Source: a virus (lineage: Duplodnaviria > Caudoviricetes). Taken from it: DNA of 64,000 nt. Below, one piece after another: positions 1-9,324 of the stretch. The notes under the pieces were generated by a model. It searched no databases and was not told the DNA's origin. It worked only from the letters and a program-made list of their open reading frames with translations. The first letter of the stretch is position 1; every line of letters starts with the position of its first letter. The stretch spans positions 76,933 through 140,932 of IMG/VR virus record IMGVR_UViG_2724679183_000002; one strand, given 5' to 3'. The translations under genes and the position numbers were made by a program.

Positions 1-203
1 ACGACAATAGGAATTCACTCTGATTGAAAAAACTGTACACGCATAGGATCAGAGTTGCACAGGAAAGAATTATTTTTGTTGCCTTAAGCAAAAAATCACT
101 CCTTAAACACTTGAACATATTGATGTTTACTGTATCATGTTTTTCTCTCTGTTTCGAGAGGCAATTGGATCAAGAAGTATTTTACGGGAGGTAGGCGAGC
201 GTT

Positions 204-428
204 ATGATTAAGGTTTACACCATTGGACATGAGATACCCGAGAAAGTTAAATCGTATATCGATGAATGGAATTATTGGTTTTGGATTGCTGTTGCTAATA
301 CTCCTAAGAAAAATCGAGACGCCAAATTTTTAATTGATCAAATTCAACCTGATGAAGATAAAGAGAATGTTTACAGAACTGATGATGGTATTGAGGTATA
401 TGTTAGCTATATGATGCCTGTGAAATAA
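204..428 (+). CDS. hypothetical phage protein
   Basis: 74 aa ORF with GGGAGG RBS. Confidence 0.6.
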   Translation: MIKVYTIGHEIPEKVKSYIDEWNYWFWIAVANTPKKNRDAKFLIDQIQPDEDKENVYRTDDGIEVYVSYMMPVK

Positions 429-448
429 CCAAATAAAAAAGAGCATAA

Positions 449-631
449 TTAAATGCTCTTCTTCATACCACACCTACGACACTCACGCAAAAATACACCA
501 CTTTTCACTGAACTCTTGAACAGAGTGTAATCACAGTTGTCACAGCGACCATACTTAACATCAGGGTACTCCTTATAATCGTAAACAATAGAAACATCGT
601 ACCCATTTGTCTCAAAATCTTTCTCTTCCAT
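449..631 (-). CDS. small Zn-ribbon protein (CxxC...CxxC)
   Basis: CDNC/CRRC motifs, AGGTG RBS. Confidence 0.7.
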   Translation of the reverse strand: MEEKDFETNGYDVSIVYDYKEYPDVKYGRCDNCDYTLFKSSVKSGVFLRECRRCGMKKSI

Positions 632-701
632 TAAATTTCACCTACACAAAGTATTTAACACTACTATAATACCAGACGATGTATATAAGGAGGGTTTTAA
701 T

Positions 702-953
702 TTGATTGGAATAGCATATTTCTTAATACTCTGGCTGGGTGTTGGCTTTCTAACAGGATTTAAGGCCTTATTCGTTGATCAAGTTTACGAGGAAGAATTT
801 AAACAGGAACTTATTAACTCATTTTCACCAGGTATGGAGTAGAATATGATTGAACTATTCTTTAAAAATAAAATAAATATCATGGTGTTTTACATACTGA
901 TTGGGTTCTTACCTTTAGCAATTAAAATCGTTGGGCTGCTGAAGAGGAGTTAG
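702..953 (+). pseudogene. YopE-like membrane protein with internal TAG at 840-842
   Basis: AGGAGG RBS, TTG start, 83 codons with one in-frame stop, hydrophobic on both sides of the stop. Confidence 0.7.
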
Positions 954-955
954 TT

Positions 956-1171
956 ATGCCGGTTATCGATAGCTTTTTTGTTATTCAATTTGAAAATGAT
1001 GATTACTTCAAGTCATTTAAATTAGACAATAGTGGTTATATAGTATCTCAGGGGCTTCATGGCGCTTCTAAGTTCACTACAATGTCAGAAGCTTTAGTGA
1101 TCTCAAATGAGCTACATACACAGTTTAAAGCCACTTCTGCCATAAGACAAATTGAAGTTATTACTAGATGA
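956..1171 (+). CDS. yopF: YopF-like hypothetical protein
   Basis: 71 aa, SPbeta synteny. Confidence 0.65.
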   Translation: MPVIDSFFVIQFENDDYFKSFKLDNSGYIVSQGLHGASKFTTMSEALVISNELHTQFKATSAIRQIEVITR

Positions 1172-1182
1172 GGAGTGTTCAG

Positions 1183-1314
1183 GTGTATTGGATTGAATGG
1201 ATAGAGAATGGGGAGAAGAAAAGTATCGTTGCTGAGGGTTGGGTTGAATGGGCTTCAATCCTGGAAGACCTTTATCAGCAGCGATTTGAGTATGTAGAAT
1301 GGAAACGGCTTTGA
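1183..1314 (+). CDS. yopG: YopG-like 43 aa protein MYWIEWIENGEKKSIV...
   Basis: GAGGAG RBS, GTG start, translated by hand, synteny. Confidence 0.7.
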   Translation: MYWIEWIENGEKKSIVAEGWVEWASILEDLYQQRFEYVEWKRL

Positions 1315-1315
1315 A

Positions 1316-1332
1316 TAAAATAAGGTGTTTCA
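1316..1332. repeat. junction palindrome, variant with 7-nt spacer
   Basis: TAAAA taaggtg TTTCA just after a stop codon. Confidence 0.5.
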
Positions 1333-1375
1333 ACTTTAAAAAATGGTTTTTGTTTTGCTGTTAGGCTAGAATTAA

Positions 1376-1999
1376 ATGAAAGGCGATGCTATCGTGAATC
1401 AAATAGTTTTAACATTAATAAATATATGGGATTGGTTTCTTTCCAATACAGGAAGTTTAGGAATGTTTGTATTAACAATTTTTATCGCATACTATTCTAA
1501 AAAATCTTCTAAGGCTAGCCTCGAGGCTGCAAAATTGGCTAAATATGAGTATGAAAGTAAAAAGGAACCCGAAATAATAATCTATTTTGAGTTAAATGAG
1601 TTTAATCTGGATTTTAAAATGATGAACATTGGTTATGGTGTAGCGACAAATGTCACTGTCAATTTAGAAGAAAAGAGCGGCACTTTCCAAAAGAGCTATA
1701 TGTACAAAATGAAAAATGGGATTTTTAACACCTGTATTCAGACATTTGCTCCAAATCAAGAAATCAAAGGGATTGCCGCTAGAGTTTCAGATATTAAAAA
1801 TGATGATTCTGAATATCCTGTTTTTACTTGTAATATCACTTATTCCGATATGAATGGAAAACTATATAATAAAAGGTATGACTTTGATTTGAATTATTTG
1901 GGGGGACTAGTTTGGACAGAAAAAGCAACCTTACATAATGTTGCTAATAGTCTAAAAGAAATTAAAGCAGAAATACAAAACCTTCATTCCAAGTCTTAA
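1376..1999 (+). CDS. accessory protein with N-terminal transmembrane helix
   Basis: 207 aa ORF, hydrophobic LGMFVLTIFIAYY segment. Confidence 0.75.
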   Translation: MKGDAIVNQIVLTLINIWDWFLSNTGSLGMFVLTIFIAYYSKKSSKASLEAAKLAKYEYESKKEPEIIIYFELNEFNLDFKMMNIGYGVATNVTVNLEEKSGTFQKSYMYKMKNGIFNTCIQTFAPNQEIKGIAARVSDIKNDDSEYPVFTCNITYSDMNGKLYNKRYDFDLNYLGGLVWTEKATLHNVANSLKEIKAEIQNLHSKS

Positions 2000-2080
2000 A
2001 TTATAATAAGGCTAACGAGAAACTTACGCTAAATTAATTTAAGGAAGATTAAATAAAAATAATTGTATTAAGGAGAAGTT

Positions 2081-2497
2081 ATGAAACAAGTTTACCTACA
2101 CATAAGATGGGAAGACCTTCACGGTGAAATTGGAGTGGATTCTTTTAATCTTTTGAGATTGATTTATTTGAATTTGAGCGAACAAGAATTAATAGAGGCA
2201 ATTAAAGCATTGATATTTATTGAGCGGGAGGATATAGCTGCCAAATTTGATATTCACCTATCTGAGAATAGCCCAGTTTTTAACGAACGGCAATATGTTG
2301 TTTACAAAGGAATTGCGGGAGAAATTAATTATAGAGACATGTTAATTTCATTGGCATCTACATTAGAAATGAGTAATACATTAGACCATGTGCAGAATAT
2401 CATGTCTTTAGCAAAATGTTTAAGAAGTTTTGATAGAGAGATTTTCGACAGATTTGCAAAGGATATCGCAGAAGAGGTGTATTATAGCCTTAAATAA
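2081..2497 (+). CDS. yopJ: YopJ-like protein
   Basis: 138 aa, immediately upstream of aimR as in SPbeta. Confidence 0.7.
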   Translation: MKQVYLHIRWEDLHGEIGVDSFNLLRLIYLNLSEQELIEAIKALIFIEREDIAAKFDIHLSENSPVFNERQYVVYKGIAGEINYRDMLISLASTLEMSNTLDHVQNIMSLAKCLRSFDREIFDRFAKDIAEEVYYSLK

Positions 2498-2544
2498 GGT
2501 TATTTTTGGAGACGCAATGAGGCCTTTTCCTCATTGTGTCTGTT

Positions 2545-2560
2545 TAAAATACGAATTTTA
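2545..2560. repeat. junction palindrome
   Basis: TAAAA tacgaa TTTTA. Confidence 0.7.
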
Positions 2561-2570
2561 ATCATATAAA

Positions 2571-2622
2571 AATAAAAAATAAGTATAAAGTGATTGACTG
2601 AAAATTGTTTGTTCTGTATTAT
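2571..2622 (+). promoter_or_regulatory. aimR sigmaA promoter with upstream AATAAAAAATAAGTAT repeat (SPBRE-like)
   Basis: TTGACT(2594)-N17-TATTAT(2617). Confidence 0.7.
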
Positions 2623-2663
2623 AAGAGTATAAACAACGGTACATATGAAAAGAGGGGAATCGA

Positions 2664-3824
2664 ATGGAGCTTATAAGAATAGCTATGCGAAAAGATTTGG
2701 AAAATGATAAATCTCTCATGAGTAAATGGGCTACGGTAGCTGGTCTTAAAAACCCAAACCCCCTTTACGATTTCTTAAATCATGATGGGAAAACATTTAA
2801 TGAATTCTCTTCTCTTGTTAATATTGTGAAAAGCCAGTACCCTGAACGCGAATACGAGCTAATGAAAGACTATTGTGAGCATCTTGATCCTAATACTAAA
2901 GCAGCAAGAAGCGCATTAGAGTATGCAGATGCGAATAAATACTATGAAATTGAAGACAAATTGATTAGTTCAATGGTTGAAAGTAGCAATAATAAAAGCA
3001 AAGAATATGGAAAGGTATACGAGATACATAGAGAACTAACCCAAGAAAATATTAATGAGTTTGAGGCGACAAAAAGACTCGGAAGATTGAATATTAAAAC
3101 AGCCGAAATGAACAACTTTGCGCGCATTTCTTTGCTATACCATTATCTAGAGTCAGGTAACTTTGCTCCAATGGATAGATTGATAAAACAAGTTGACCTT
3201 TCTGAAGTTAAAGAAAATCTTTTTGTTAAAAACCTATATCAGACCCGAGTTTTTGTTTTACAATCGAACATTAAACTGAATGAGAATAAATTAAGTGAAT
3301 GCAGAGAGTATGCAAAGAAAGCAATTGACAGTACCAATATCCAGAGGTTTCAAGTCTTTAGCTATCTTACTGCTGGTAATTCATTATTATTTACAGACTA
3401 CCACAAAGCTAAAGACTATTTTCTAAAGGGGCTAAGTGCTTCAACTGACAGTAACATCTATCAAAGAATATTGAGACAAGCTCTCTGTTTTTTAAACAAC
3501 GTTTGGGAAAAAGAAAACGATTTTCTAAACACCGATTCTAAGGAGATAATAGATTTACAGGAATACGCACATATGCTTATAAATAAAAAAAATACAGAAA
3601 GAGCAAAAAAAATTCTGGATCAATTAGATCAATTGGAACATAACGATAATGAGTTGGCCATGCATTATTACTTAAAAGGAAAACTCAAAATGGACAAGCA
3701 GTGCTTTTATTCATCAATTGAGTACTTTAAAAAATCAAACGATAAGTTTCTTATCAGATTACCGTTAATAATGTTAAAACAACTGGGAGAGAATGAAAAG
3801 CTTTTAAATCTCTTGGCGTTATAA
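2664..3824 (+). CDS. aimR: arbitrium receptor AimR (HTH + TPR, RRNPP family)
   Basis: 386 aa, N-terminus MELIRIAMRKDLENDKSLMSKWATVAGLKNPNPLYDFL nearly identical to SPbeta AimR as recalled. Confidence 0.97.
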   Translation: MELIRIAMRKDLENDKSLMSKWATVAGLKNPNPLYDFLNHDGKTFNEFSSLVNIVKSQYPEREYELMKDYCEHLDPNTKAARSALEYADANKYYEIEDKLISSMVESSNNKSKEYGKVYEIHRELTQENINEFEATKRLGRLNIKTAEMNNFARISLLYHYLESGNFAPMDRLIKQVDLSEVKENLFVKNLYQTRVFVLQSNIKLNENKLSECREYAKKAIDSTNIQRFQVFSYLTAGNSLLFTDYHKAKDYFLKGLSASTDSNIYQRILRQALCFLNNVWEKENDFLNTDSKEIIDLQEYAHMLINKKNTERAKKILDQLDQLEHNDNELAMHYYLKGKLKMDKQCFYSSIEYFKKSNDKFLIRLPLIMLKQLGENEKLLNLLAL

Positions 3825-3844
3825 ACTTGAAAGGGGGTGAGAAT

Positions 3845-3970
3845 ATGAAAAAAGTTGTTATGGCAGCAATTATTTTAGGAGCACTTTTTGTCTCGTTTGC
3901 AGGAGTAAACACAGCCAGTCAACAAGCTTCTGGTAAATACGAAATAGCAGGAATGCCTCGGGGCGCATAA
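3845..3970 (+). CDS. aimP: arbitrium pro-peptide AimP, mature peptide GMPRGA
   Basis: hand translation MKKVVMAAIILGALFVSFAGVNTASQQASGKYEIAGMPRGA; signal peptide; RBS GAAAGGGGGTG. Confidence 0.97.
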   Translation: MKKVVMAAIILGALFVSFAGVNTASQQASGKYEIAGMPRGA

Positions 3971-3975
3971 AGAAC

Positions 3976-4004
3976 TTGACACATAATTGGGAAAATTATA
4001 TTAT
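3976..4004 (+). promoter_or_regulatory. near-consensus sigmaA promoter just after aimP
   Basis: TTGACA-N17-TATTAT. Confidence 0.65.
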
Positions 4005-4033
4005 TTACTTAATTAAATTAATTTGTGAAATCA

Positions 4034-4068
4034 AAAAGACGTTTGGCTCATTGAGCTAGGCGTCTTTT
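4034..4068 (+). terminator. intrinsic terminator hairpin after aimP
   Basis: AAAAGACGTTTGGCTCA-T-TGAGCTAGGCGTCTTTT. Confidence 0.8.
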
Positions 4069-4082
4069 GTGCTTTAAAGTTC

Positions 4083-4119
4083 ACCACGAGATTAGTTCAA
4101 TTTCGCATAACTAAGGGAA
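4083..4119. promoter_or_regulatory. putative degenerate AimR operator (aimX region)
   Basis: ACCACG-N25-AGGGAA, aligns over 37 bp with the SPbeta ATCACT-N25-AGTGAT operator as recalled. Confidence 0.45.
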
Positions 4120-4242
4120 AATCGTCTAATTAAGGTAACTGGTGTACTTACATAACTCTAAAACCACTATCAATAATTAAATACTGAAACAGCACATTCG
4201 AAAAAAGATTAAAAAGAATGTGCTATTTGTCGTTAAAACATC

Positions 4243-4303
4243 TTTACTTATTACGTTCAATGCATTAAAATGAATTTAGAAATCAAAAAGAAAAAATAAG
4301 TAT
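4243..4303 (+). promoter_or_regulatory. sro/yopM operon promoter with downstream SPBRE-like repeat
   Basis: TTTACT-N17-TAAAAT; AAAAAATAAGTAT at 4291-4303; AGCACATTC/GAATGTGCT inverted repeat at 4191-4224. Confidence 0.55.
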
Positions 4304-4322
4304 TGTTTTAGGGGGAGGAATT

Positions 4323-4523
4323 ATGTCAGCTATAAAGTATTTACAAAGCAGCATGACATTACATAAAACCATATATCAGAATAAGTTTGAAAATATTGCT
4401 CGTAACGATTTTTTTGCAAACGAAAAGAATTCAGAAAAAGAAAAAATAAAGAGAGGAGAATTCATCAGGAAGGAAATGACTAAAGGCTATTTGAAATTAT
4501 TGAGTGCGTGTAAGGAGGGCTAG
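4323..4523 (+). CDS. yopM: YopM/SroA lysis-lysogeny protein
   Basis: 66 aa, first gene of the operon after aimP. Confidence 0.75.
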   Translation: MSAIKYLQSSMTLHKTIYQNKFENIARNDFFANEKNSEKEKIKRGEFIRKEMTKGYLKLLSACKEG

Positions 4524-4528
4524 TACCC

Positions 4529-4861
4529 ATGCAAGTAGTGGACTTAAATGCTACTAAAAAGAAAGTAAACAGTACTAAGAGCATTGACGAAAACTTTACT
4601 AATATGGTTGTCGAAACATACCTGAATAGCATATTGGACATAAGAAAAATCATACTTAATGCAAAGACTCAAAATGACCTATTTAATGCCAAAATGGAAG
4701 TGAAAGCGTTGCTCCAGGATATAGATCGTATTCTCAGAGGTGGTGACGTGCTGTCTAGAAACACCGAATGCAATCCCCATTATGCTTCGCTAATAACTTT
4801 TATGAAACACTTAAAAGCACATATCTCAATTGAATTTGAGCAGTTTATTTATAAACCGTAG
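4529..4861 (+). CDS. yopN: YopN/SroB lysogeny-promoting protein
   Basis: 110 aa helical protein, synteny. Confidence 0.7.
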   Translation: MQVVDLNATKKKVNSTKSIDENFTNMVVETYLNSILDIRKIILNAKTQNDLFNAKMEVKALLQDIDRILRGGDVLSRNTECNPHYASLITFMKHLKAHISIEFEQFIYKP

Positions 4862-4916
4862 CTCTAAAGGCGGGCATTTATCCTTATTATACATATGGCT
4901 TTGTAAGGAGGATTCT

Positions 4917-5138
4917 ATGTCAAAGCGAATTAAAAAGCTGATGGAAGAACGCAACATCACAATAGAACAGATTGCAAAAGAAACAATGATTAATATTGAA
5001 AAACTCAAGAAAATCATTAATGAACCGCATGAGGGAGATGTAACTTCCGTTAAGCTGATCGCTTTGGTGCTGGATGTCTCCATTGATGATCTAATTTATG
5101 ATAACGATTTTAAACGGGAAGGAGGAAAGGAACAATGA
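4917..5138 (+). CDS. yopO: YopO/SroC XRE-family HTH regulator
   Basis: AAGGAGG RBS before ATG 4917; HTH_XRE pattern IKKLMEERNITIEQIAKET. Confidence 0.85.
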   Translation: MSKRIKKLMEERNITIEQIAKETMINIEKLKKIINEPHEGDVTSVKLIALVLDVSIDDLIYDNDFKREGGKEQ

Positions 5139-6217
5139 GTGCAGAAATTAAACCTATTAAGGAATATAAAGTGTTTGATGACATTATGTCGTTTCTCTAT
5201 AGCAAGGACATAGCCAGTAGCTCTGGGAACTCAAAGTATCAAACCAAGGACGCGCCTATGGTTTCTAATACACGAAAAAATTATACAGGTGATATAAAGC
5301 AATTTTTCAGGATCTTAAAAGAAAAAGAAATCGAATATTTGTCTGAAAGTGATTTAACGATTACTAAAAGCGATCTGACAGGGTTTATTAAGTATCTTCA
5401 AAGTAAAGGGCTTGTAAACAAAACCATTAAAAGAAAATTAGCATCCCTAAAAATGCTTTATAAGTACCTTAGCTACGATTACAAAGAATTTATTGACTTA
5501 AGTGTTTTTGATTCTGTTGGAAAGTTGAAAACAGTTGAAAAAAACTGGGGAAGAACTAATAAAGAAGAAGCCGATCTTATCGCAGAAGACATGTATATTA
5601 ACGAACGCCAAAAACCATTACTCAAAAAGCTTTGTGTGAAGGCAGCAGCAAGAACTTCTTTTCGTCTTAGTGCGTTATTAAGAATTAGATGGAGTGATTT
5701 TGAAATTGATTCAGCGACCGAGCATTATGTGGTTTCTGTTTTAGACAAGGGATCCAAAGTGGTGTCAACGGGAATCAATAAATCTTTTTATGAAGAGCTT
5801 TTAGAACTAAAGAATAAAAATACAGTCGACACAGATTATGTTTTTAAAGGGCTTTCTGAGCAATCACTTAGACATTCTTTAAAACGTTCTAAAGAAAGGC
5901 TGGGTATTCCGCCAGAGAGGGACTTGAAATTTCACTCTTTTAAGGGAGTGGGTATTGACTATGTTTATGAACACACTGGGCACGACATATTAGCTGCAAG
6001 AGAACAAGGAAATCATAGCAGTGTATCAACCACAGAACGCTATATGAGCAAAAGAAATGATATATCTAAAACTGCTGGTGTTATTATGGACGAGGAAATT
6101 GAAATAAACAAGCTTTATGAAGCTAAGAAAGAAGATTTTGTTTCTTTTTTTGAAAAAGCAGAGCCGGCTATACTGAATAAATTCATTAAATTCCTATCGG
6201 AATCTAATGGGTTCTAA
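5135..6217 (+). CDS. yopP: YopP/SroD tyrosine recombinase-family protein
   Basis: FRLSAL, DKG, HSFK, GNH...RY motifs. Confidence 0.9.
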   Translation: MSAEIKPIKEYKVFDDIMSFLYSKDIASSSGNSKYQTKDAPMVSNTRKNYTGDIKQFFRILKEKEIEYLSESDLTITKSDLTGFIKYLQSKGLVNKTIKRKLASLKMLYKYLSYDYKEFIDLSVFDSVGKLKTVEKNWGRTNKEEADLIAEDMYINERQKPLLKKLCVKAAARTSFRLSALLRIRWSDFEIDSATEHYVVSVLDKGSKVVSTGINKSFYEELLELKNKNTVDTDYVFKGLSEQSLRHSLKRSKERLGIPPERDLKFHSFKGVGIDYVYEHTGHDILAAREQGNHSSVSTTERYMSKRNDISKTAGVIMDEEIEINKLYEAKKEDFVSFFEKAEPAILNKFIKFLSESNGF

Positions 6218-6307
6218 TTTTAATGATTATTATTTATTTTTCTCTTGATAATAAAGTTGCCCTTTGGTAACTTTATTTTAGCGACATAATATGAGGTGAT
6301 ACAAATA

Positions 6308-7699
6308 ATGACGGTGATATTTGACCAAGCTGCAAATGAGAAATTGCTCAGCGAAATGAGAGATGTGTTCTCTAGAAAAAAACATATTCGCTCTTTTATA
6401 AATGATGTCCATACAGTTATGGCTGAGTTTAAAATATCTCCTGGCTCAACACAAAAAATAATTAATGAATTAGAAAAACCTGAGTTAGACCTTTCGAAAG
6501 AATATATGTACTTCTTAGCTAAATGTCTATTCAAGATTCTTGAATCAGAGAGGTTTAATCCTGCTAATTATTTTACAGAAGCAGATATGCAAGAAATTGA
6601 AACGCTTTGGGAAGGCGAAGTAGAAGAAGAAATTAAATTTCCTTACACTTTTAAAAATGCCGTTAAATACTCAGAAAGTAACTTAACGTTCCAAATTACG
6701 GCTGAAGATCTTTATCGCCTATTTGAAAACAAACTTCTTCATTATAATCCAAATGCACAAAGAACAAATAAAACCAAGAAGCTTGAAGGAACTGATATTG
6801 AAATACCTGTACCAGAGTTAAACAAAAAATCGGTGGAAGAAATAAAAGAGCTTTTTAAAGACGGCAAGTTGATTAGCTCAATGTTTACTTTTAATGCACG
6901 TGTAGGAAGTGCAGATGAAGGAATTGAGTTAATATATGACGAAGAAAGTATGTCTTTAACTATAACAGAAGGTACGATATTGGATGTATTGGATGGGTAT
7001 CATAGGCTTATAGGGATAACTGCTGCAATTAGGCAACATCCTGAGCTCAAGCACTTACTAAAACGTGTGTTTAAAGTGGATATTTACAACTACACTCAAA
7101 AGCAGGCGAGAGAGCATTTTGGACAACAGAACACTATAAACCCTGTGAAAAAGTCCAAGGTTGCTGAGATGAGTCAACATCACTTTTCAAATAAGATTGT
7201 TAAGTTTATTCAAGACAACAGTCTTATTGGTGATTACATTAAGACCAACGGTGATTGGATTAACCGGGGCCAAAACCAGTTAATTACCTTTTCCGATTTC
7301 AAGAAAGCAATTGAACGTAGCTATTACAAAAAGGATTTTAGTAATCAAGCGGATATCTTGAAAACAGGAAGGTATTTAAGTGCATTTTTTGATGCAATAG
7401 CCAATATTTATATTGATGAATTTTTAGGAAGTATTGCAGATGAACGTAAGCGGTCTCTTGTAAACAGCAATTTGTTCTTTAACGGGTATGTTCTCTTAGC
7501 GAAACGATTCCAGGAGTTAAATGTTTCAATTGATGACTTAGAAAATAAAGTAAAAGAAGTACTAAAACCAATTGATTTTGGAAAAGACAACGAGCTGTGG
7601 AAGGAACTTGGGATTATTGATAATAACGGTAATCCGAAAGCTCCTCAAAAGATATGTGACTTCTTCAGAGATATAGAGATAGAACAGCAATTTAATTAG
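6308..7699 (+). CDS. yopQ: YopQ/SroE, DndB/ParB-like (DGxHR) repressor
   Basis: VLDGYHRL motif, synteny. Confidence 0.85.
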   Translation: MTVIFDQAANEKLLSEMRDVFSRKKHIRSFINDVHTVMAEFKISPGSTQKIINELEKPELDLSKEYMYFLAKCLFKILESERFNPANYFTEADMQEIETLWEGEVEEEIKFPYTFKNAVKYSESNLTFQITAEDLYRLFENKLLHYNPNAQRTNKTKKLEGTDIEIPVPELNKKSVEEIKELFKDGKLISSMFTFNARVGSADEGIELIYDEESMSLTITEGTILDVLDGYHRLIGITAAIRQHPELKHLLKRVFKVDIYNYTQKQAREHFGQQNTINPVKKSKVAEMSQHHFSNKIVKFIQDNSLIGDYIKTNGDWINRGQNQLITFSDFKKAIERSYYKKDFSNQADILKTGRYLSAFFDAIANIYIDEFLGSIADERKRSLVNSNLFFNGYVLLAKRFQELNVSIDDLENKVKEVLKPIDFGKDNELWKELGIIDNNGNPKAPQKICDFFRDIEIEQQFN

Positions 7700-7707
7700 C
7701 TTAGGAG

Positions 7708-8697
7708 ATGTTTGATGCAATGTTCAATAGTGATATTAAGGAAAAGTATTTGGATTCTGTTACAGAAGCAGTAGCCCATCAATTAAGGCCTCTATTCTCA
7801 AAATCAGAGATAACAGAAAATCTTTATAAAAAAGATATTTATGACTTCACTTCAGTGCAGATTTTAGAATTAATACGATCATTCGACCAAACAACAATTG
7901 GGAGTGTAAAAAGAACATTATCATTATTGTCAACGTATATCGATTGGGCAACATCTTATAATTTGAGCAAAGGTGCTGTTAACTTAGCGAGAACGATATC
8001 GAACGATGAGCTTTATGAGTGCCTAGGTGATAAAAAATTATACATCTCATTTAGTGAACTGGAAGACATGCAAGACAAATTACTCAATTATCAATCGAAA
8101 GCAGTGCTCAGATGTTTATTTGAGGGTATATCAGGCATGGCTCATTCTGAACTACTTAGTCTTTCAAGGCAACAAATAGAAGAAGCAATGCTAAACGGCA
8201 ACGTACTGACACTACATGACATAAAGAATGGAGATCGAAAGTTAAAAGTGAGTAGCGACTGTCTTATTATTGCTTTAAATGCTTCGAAAGAAAGTACGTA
8301 CCAATTAAAAAATGGAAGAGCCGAAGGACGAGCAAAAGAAGTTTCTTTAGTGGACAATGACTTTGTAATTAAAACTAAAAAAACCAGAGGTAAAAATGAA
8401 GGTCAAGCAGGTAGACATATAATAACGAACTTAATAACAGATATCTCTGAGTTCTTTAAAATAAACTTCCTGACACCTAATACAATTGTAAGATCAGGAC
8501 ATCTTTATCGTGCATATCAGCTTTATAAAGAACGAGGTGTTATTGATAACGCTGTTAGATACCAAATCATTGATGAATTTAATTTGAACGTAAATAGAGT
8601 CAGGGCTGTTTACAGCATGAAAGATTACATTAATGAAGAAGAGATAAAAAAGCTCTATGCAGAAGAATTAGGCTTGAAAGATGAAGAATTAATTTAA
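7708..8697 (+). CDS. yopR: YopR/MrpR/SroF master repressor, integrase fold
   Basis: 329 aa integrase-like protein lacking the canonical catalytic R/H, last gene of the operon. Confidence 0.85.
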   Translation: MFDAMFNSDIKEKYLDSVTEAVAHQLRPLFSKSEITENLYKKDIYDFTSVQILELIRSFDQTTIGSVKRTLSLLSTYIDWATSYNLSKGAVNLARTISNDELYECLGDKKLYISFSELEDMQDKLLNYQSKAVLRCLFEGISGMAHSELLSLSRQQIEEAMLNGNVLTLHDIKNGDRKLKVSSDCLIIALNASKESTYQLKNGRAEGRAKEVSLVDNDFVIKTKKTRGKNEGQAGRHIITNLITDISEFFKINFLTPNTIVRSGHLYRAYQLYKERGVIDNAVRYQIIDEFNLNVNRVRAVYSMKDYINEEEIKKLYAEELGLKDEELI

Positions 8698-8709
8698 ATA
8701 AGTATTCGC

Positions 8710-8740
8710 CACCCAGCAAAAATAAACTGGGTGTTTTTTC
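8710..8740 (+). terminator. terminator after yopR
   Basis: CACCCAG...CTGGGTG followed by a T run. Confidence 0.75.
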
Positions 8741-8923
8741 TCGCTTTAAAAACAAAATATAAGCACATTAATAATAGTCGTTTAAAAAATTTTGATATTC
8801 GACAAAAATAGACATAATAAGTCAAAATAAGTTCTTTCCACCACTAGCAACATGTAGTAAAATAGTTGTGTAAACCATACGGTTTACTCAGGAGGAGACC
8901 AAGACATTTGTCTTAGTCGAAAT

Positions 8924-9148
8924 TCAATGCCTTTCAACCTTGAATTCATAGAGGTCTTCCACATTACAATCTAATGCATCAGCGATTCTTATTGCTGTTC
9001 TAATTGTCATCTCGACTTTTTTCATCCGGTTATAATCGCTTAGTTGTTGCTTCTTTATTCCAGTTATTTCAGCAAGTTCATTGATTGTAATGTCTTTCTT
9101 TCTACAAAGTTCAGGTATCAAGCATTGCCCGATCTCAACTTTAATCAT
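8924..9148 (-). CDS. yopS: YopS XRE-family HTH regulator
   Basis: 74 aa HTH, AGGAGG RBS. Confidence 0.85.
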   Translation of the reverse strand: MIKVEIGQCLIPELCRKKDITINELAEITGIKKQQLSDYNRMKKVEMTIRTAIRIADALDCNVEDLYEFKVERH

Positions 9149-9270
9149 TATCGGACATCCTCCTGCTAGTTCTGTTATGGAAAGACATAATACATATCAT
9201 ACCATACGATGACTTCAAATAACCACTAGCGTTACACTCACAATAAATGTATAATGTTAATAAACAAAAC

Positions 9271-9284
9271 AGAACGCTTGTTCC
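9271..9284. promoter_or_regulatory. LexA/DinR SOS box upstream of yopT
   Basis: aGAAC-gctt-GTTCc downstream of TATAAT at 9250. Confidence 0.75.
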
Positions 9285-9324
9285 CTTGTAAGGTTGTCAA
9301 AGAGAAAAAACATAGTATAGGAGA

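Noticed and set aside
4120-4320. Protein-coding aimX
   Set aside because: No RBS-led ORF found in this interval
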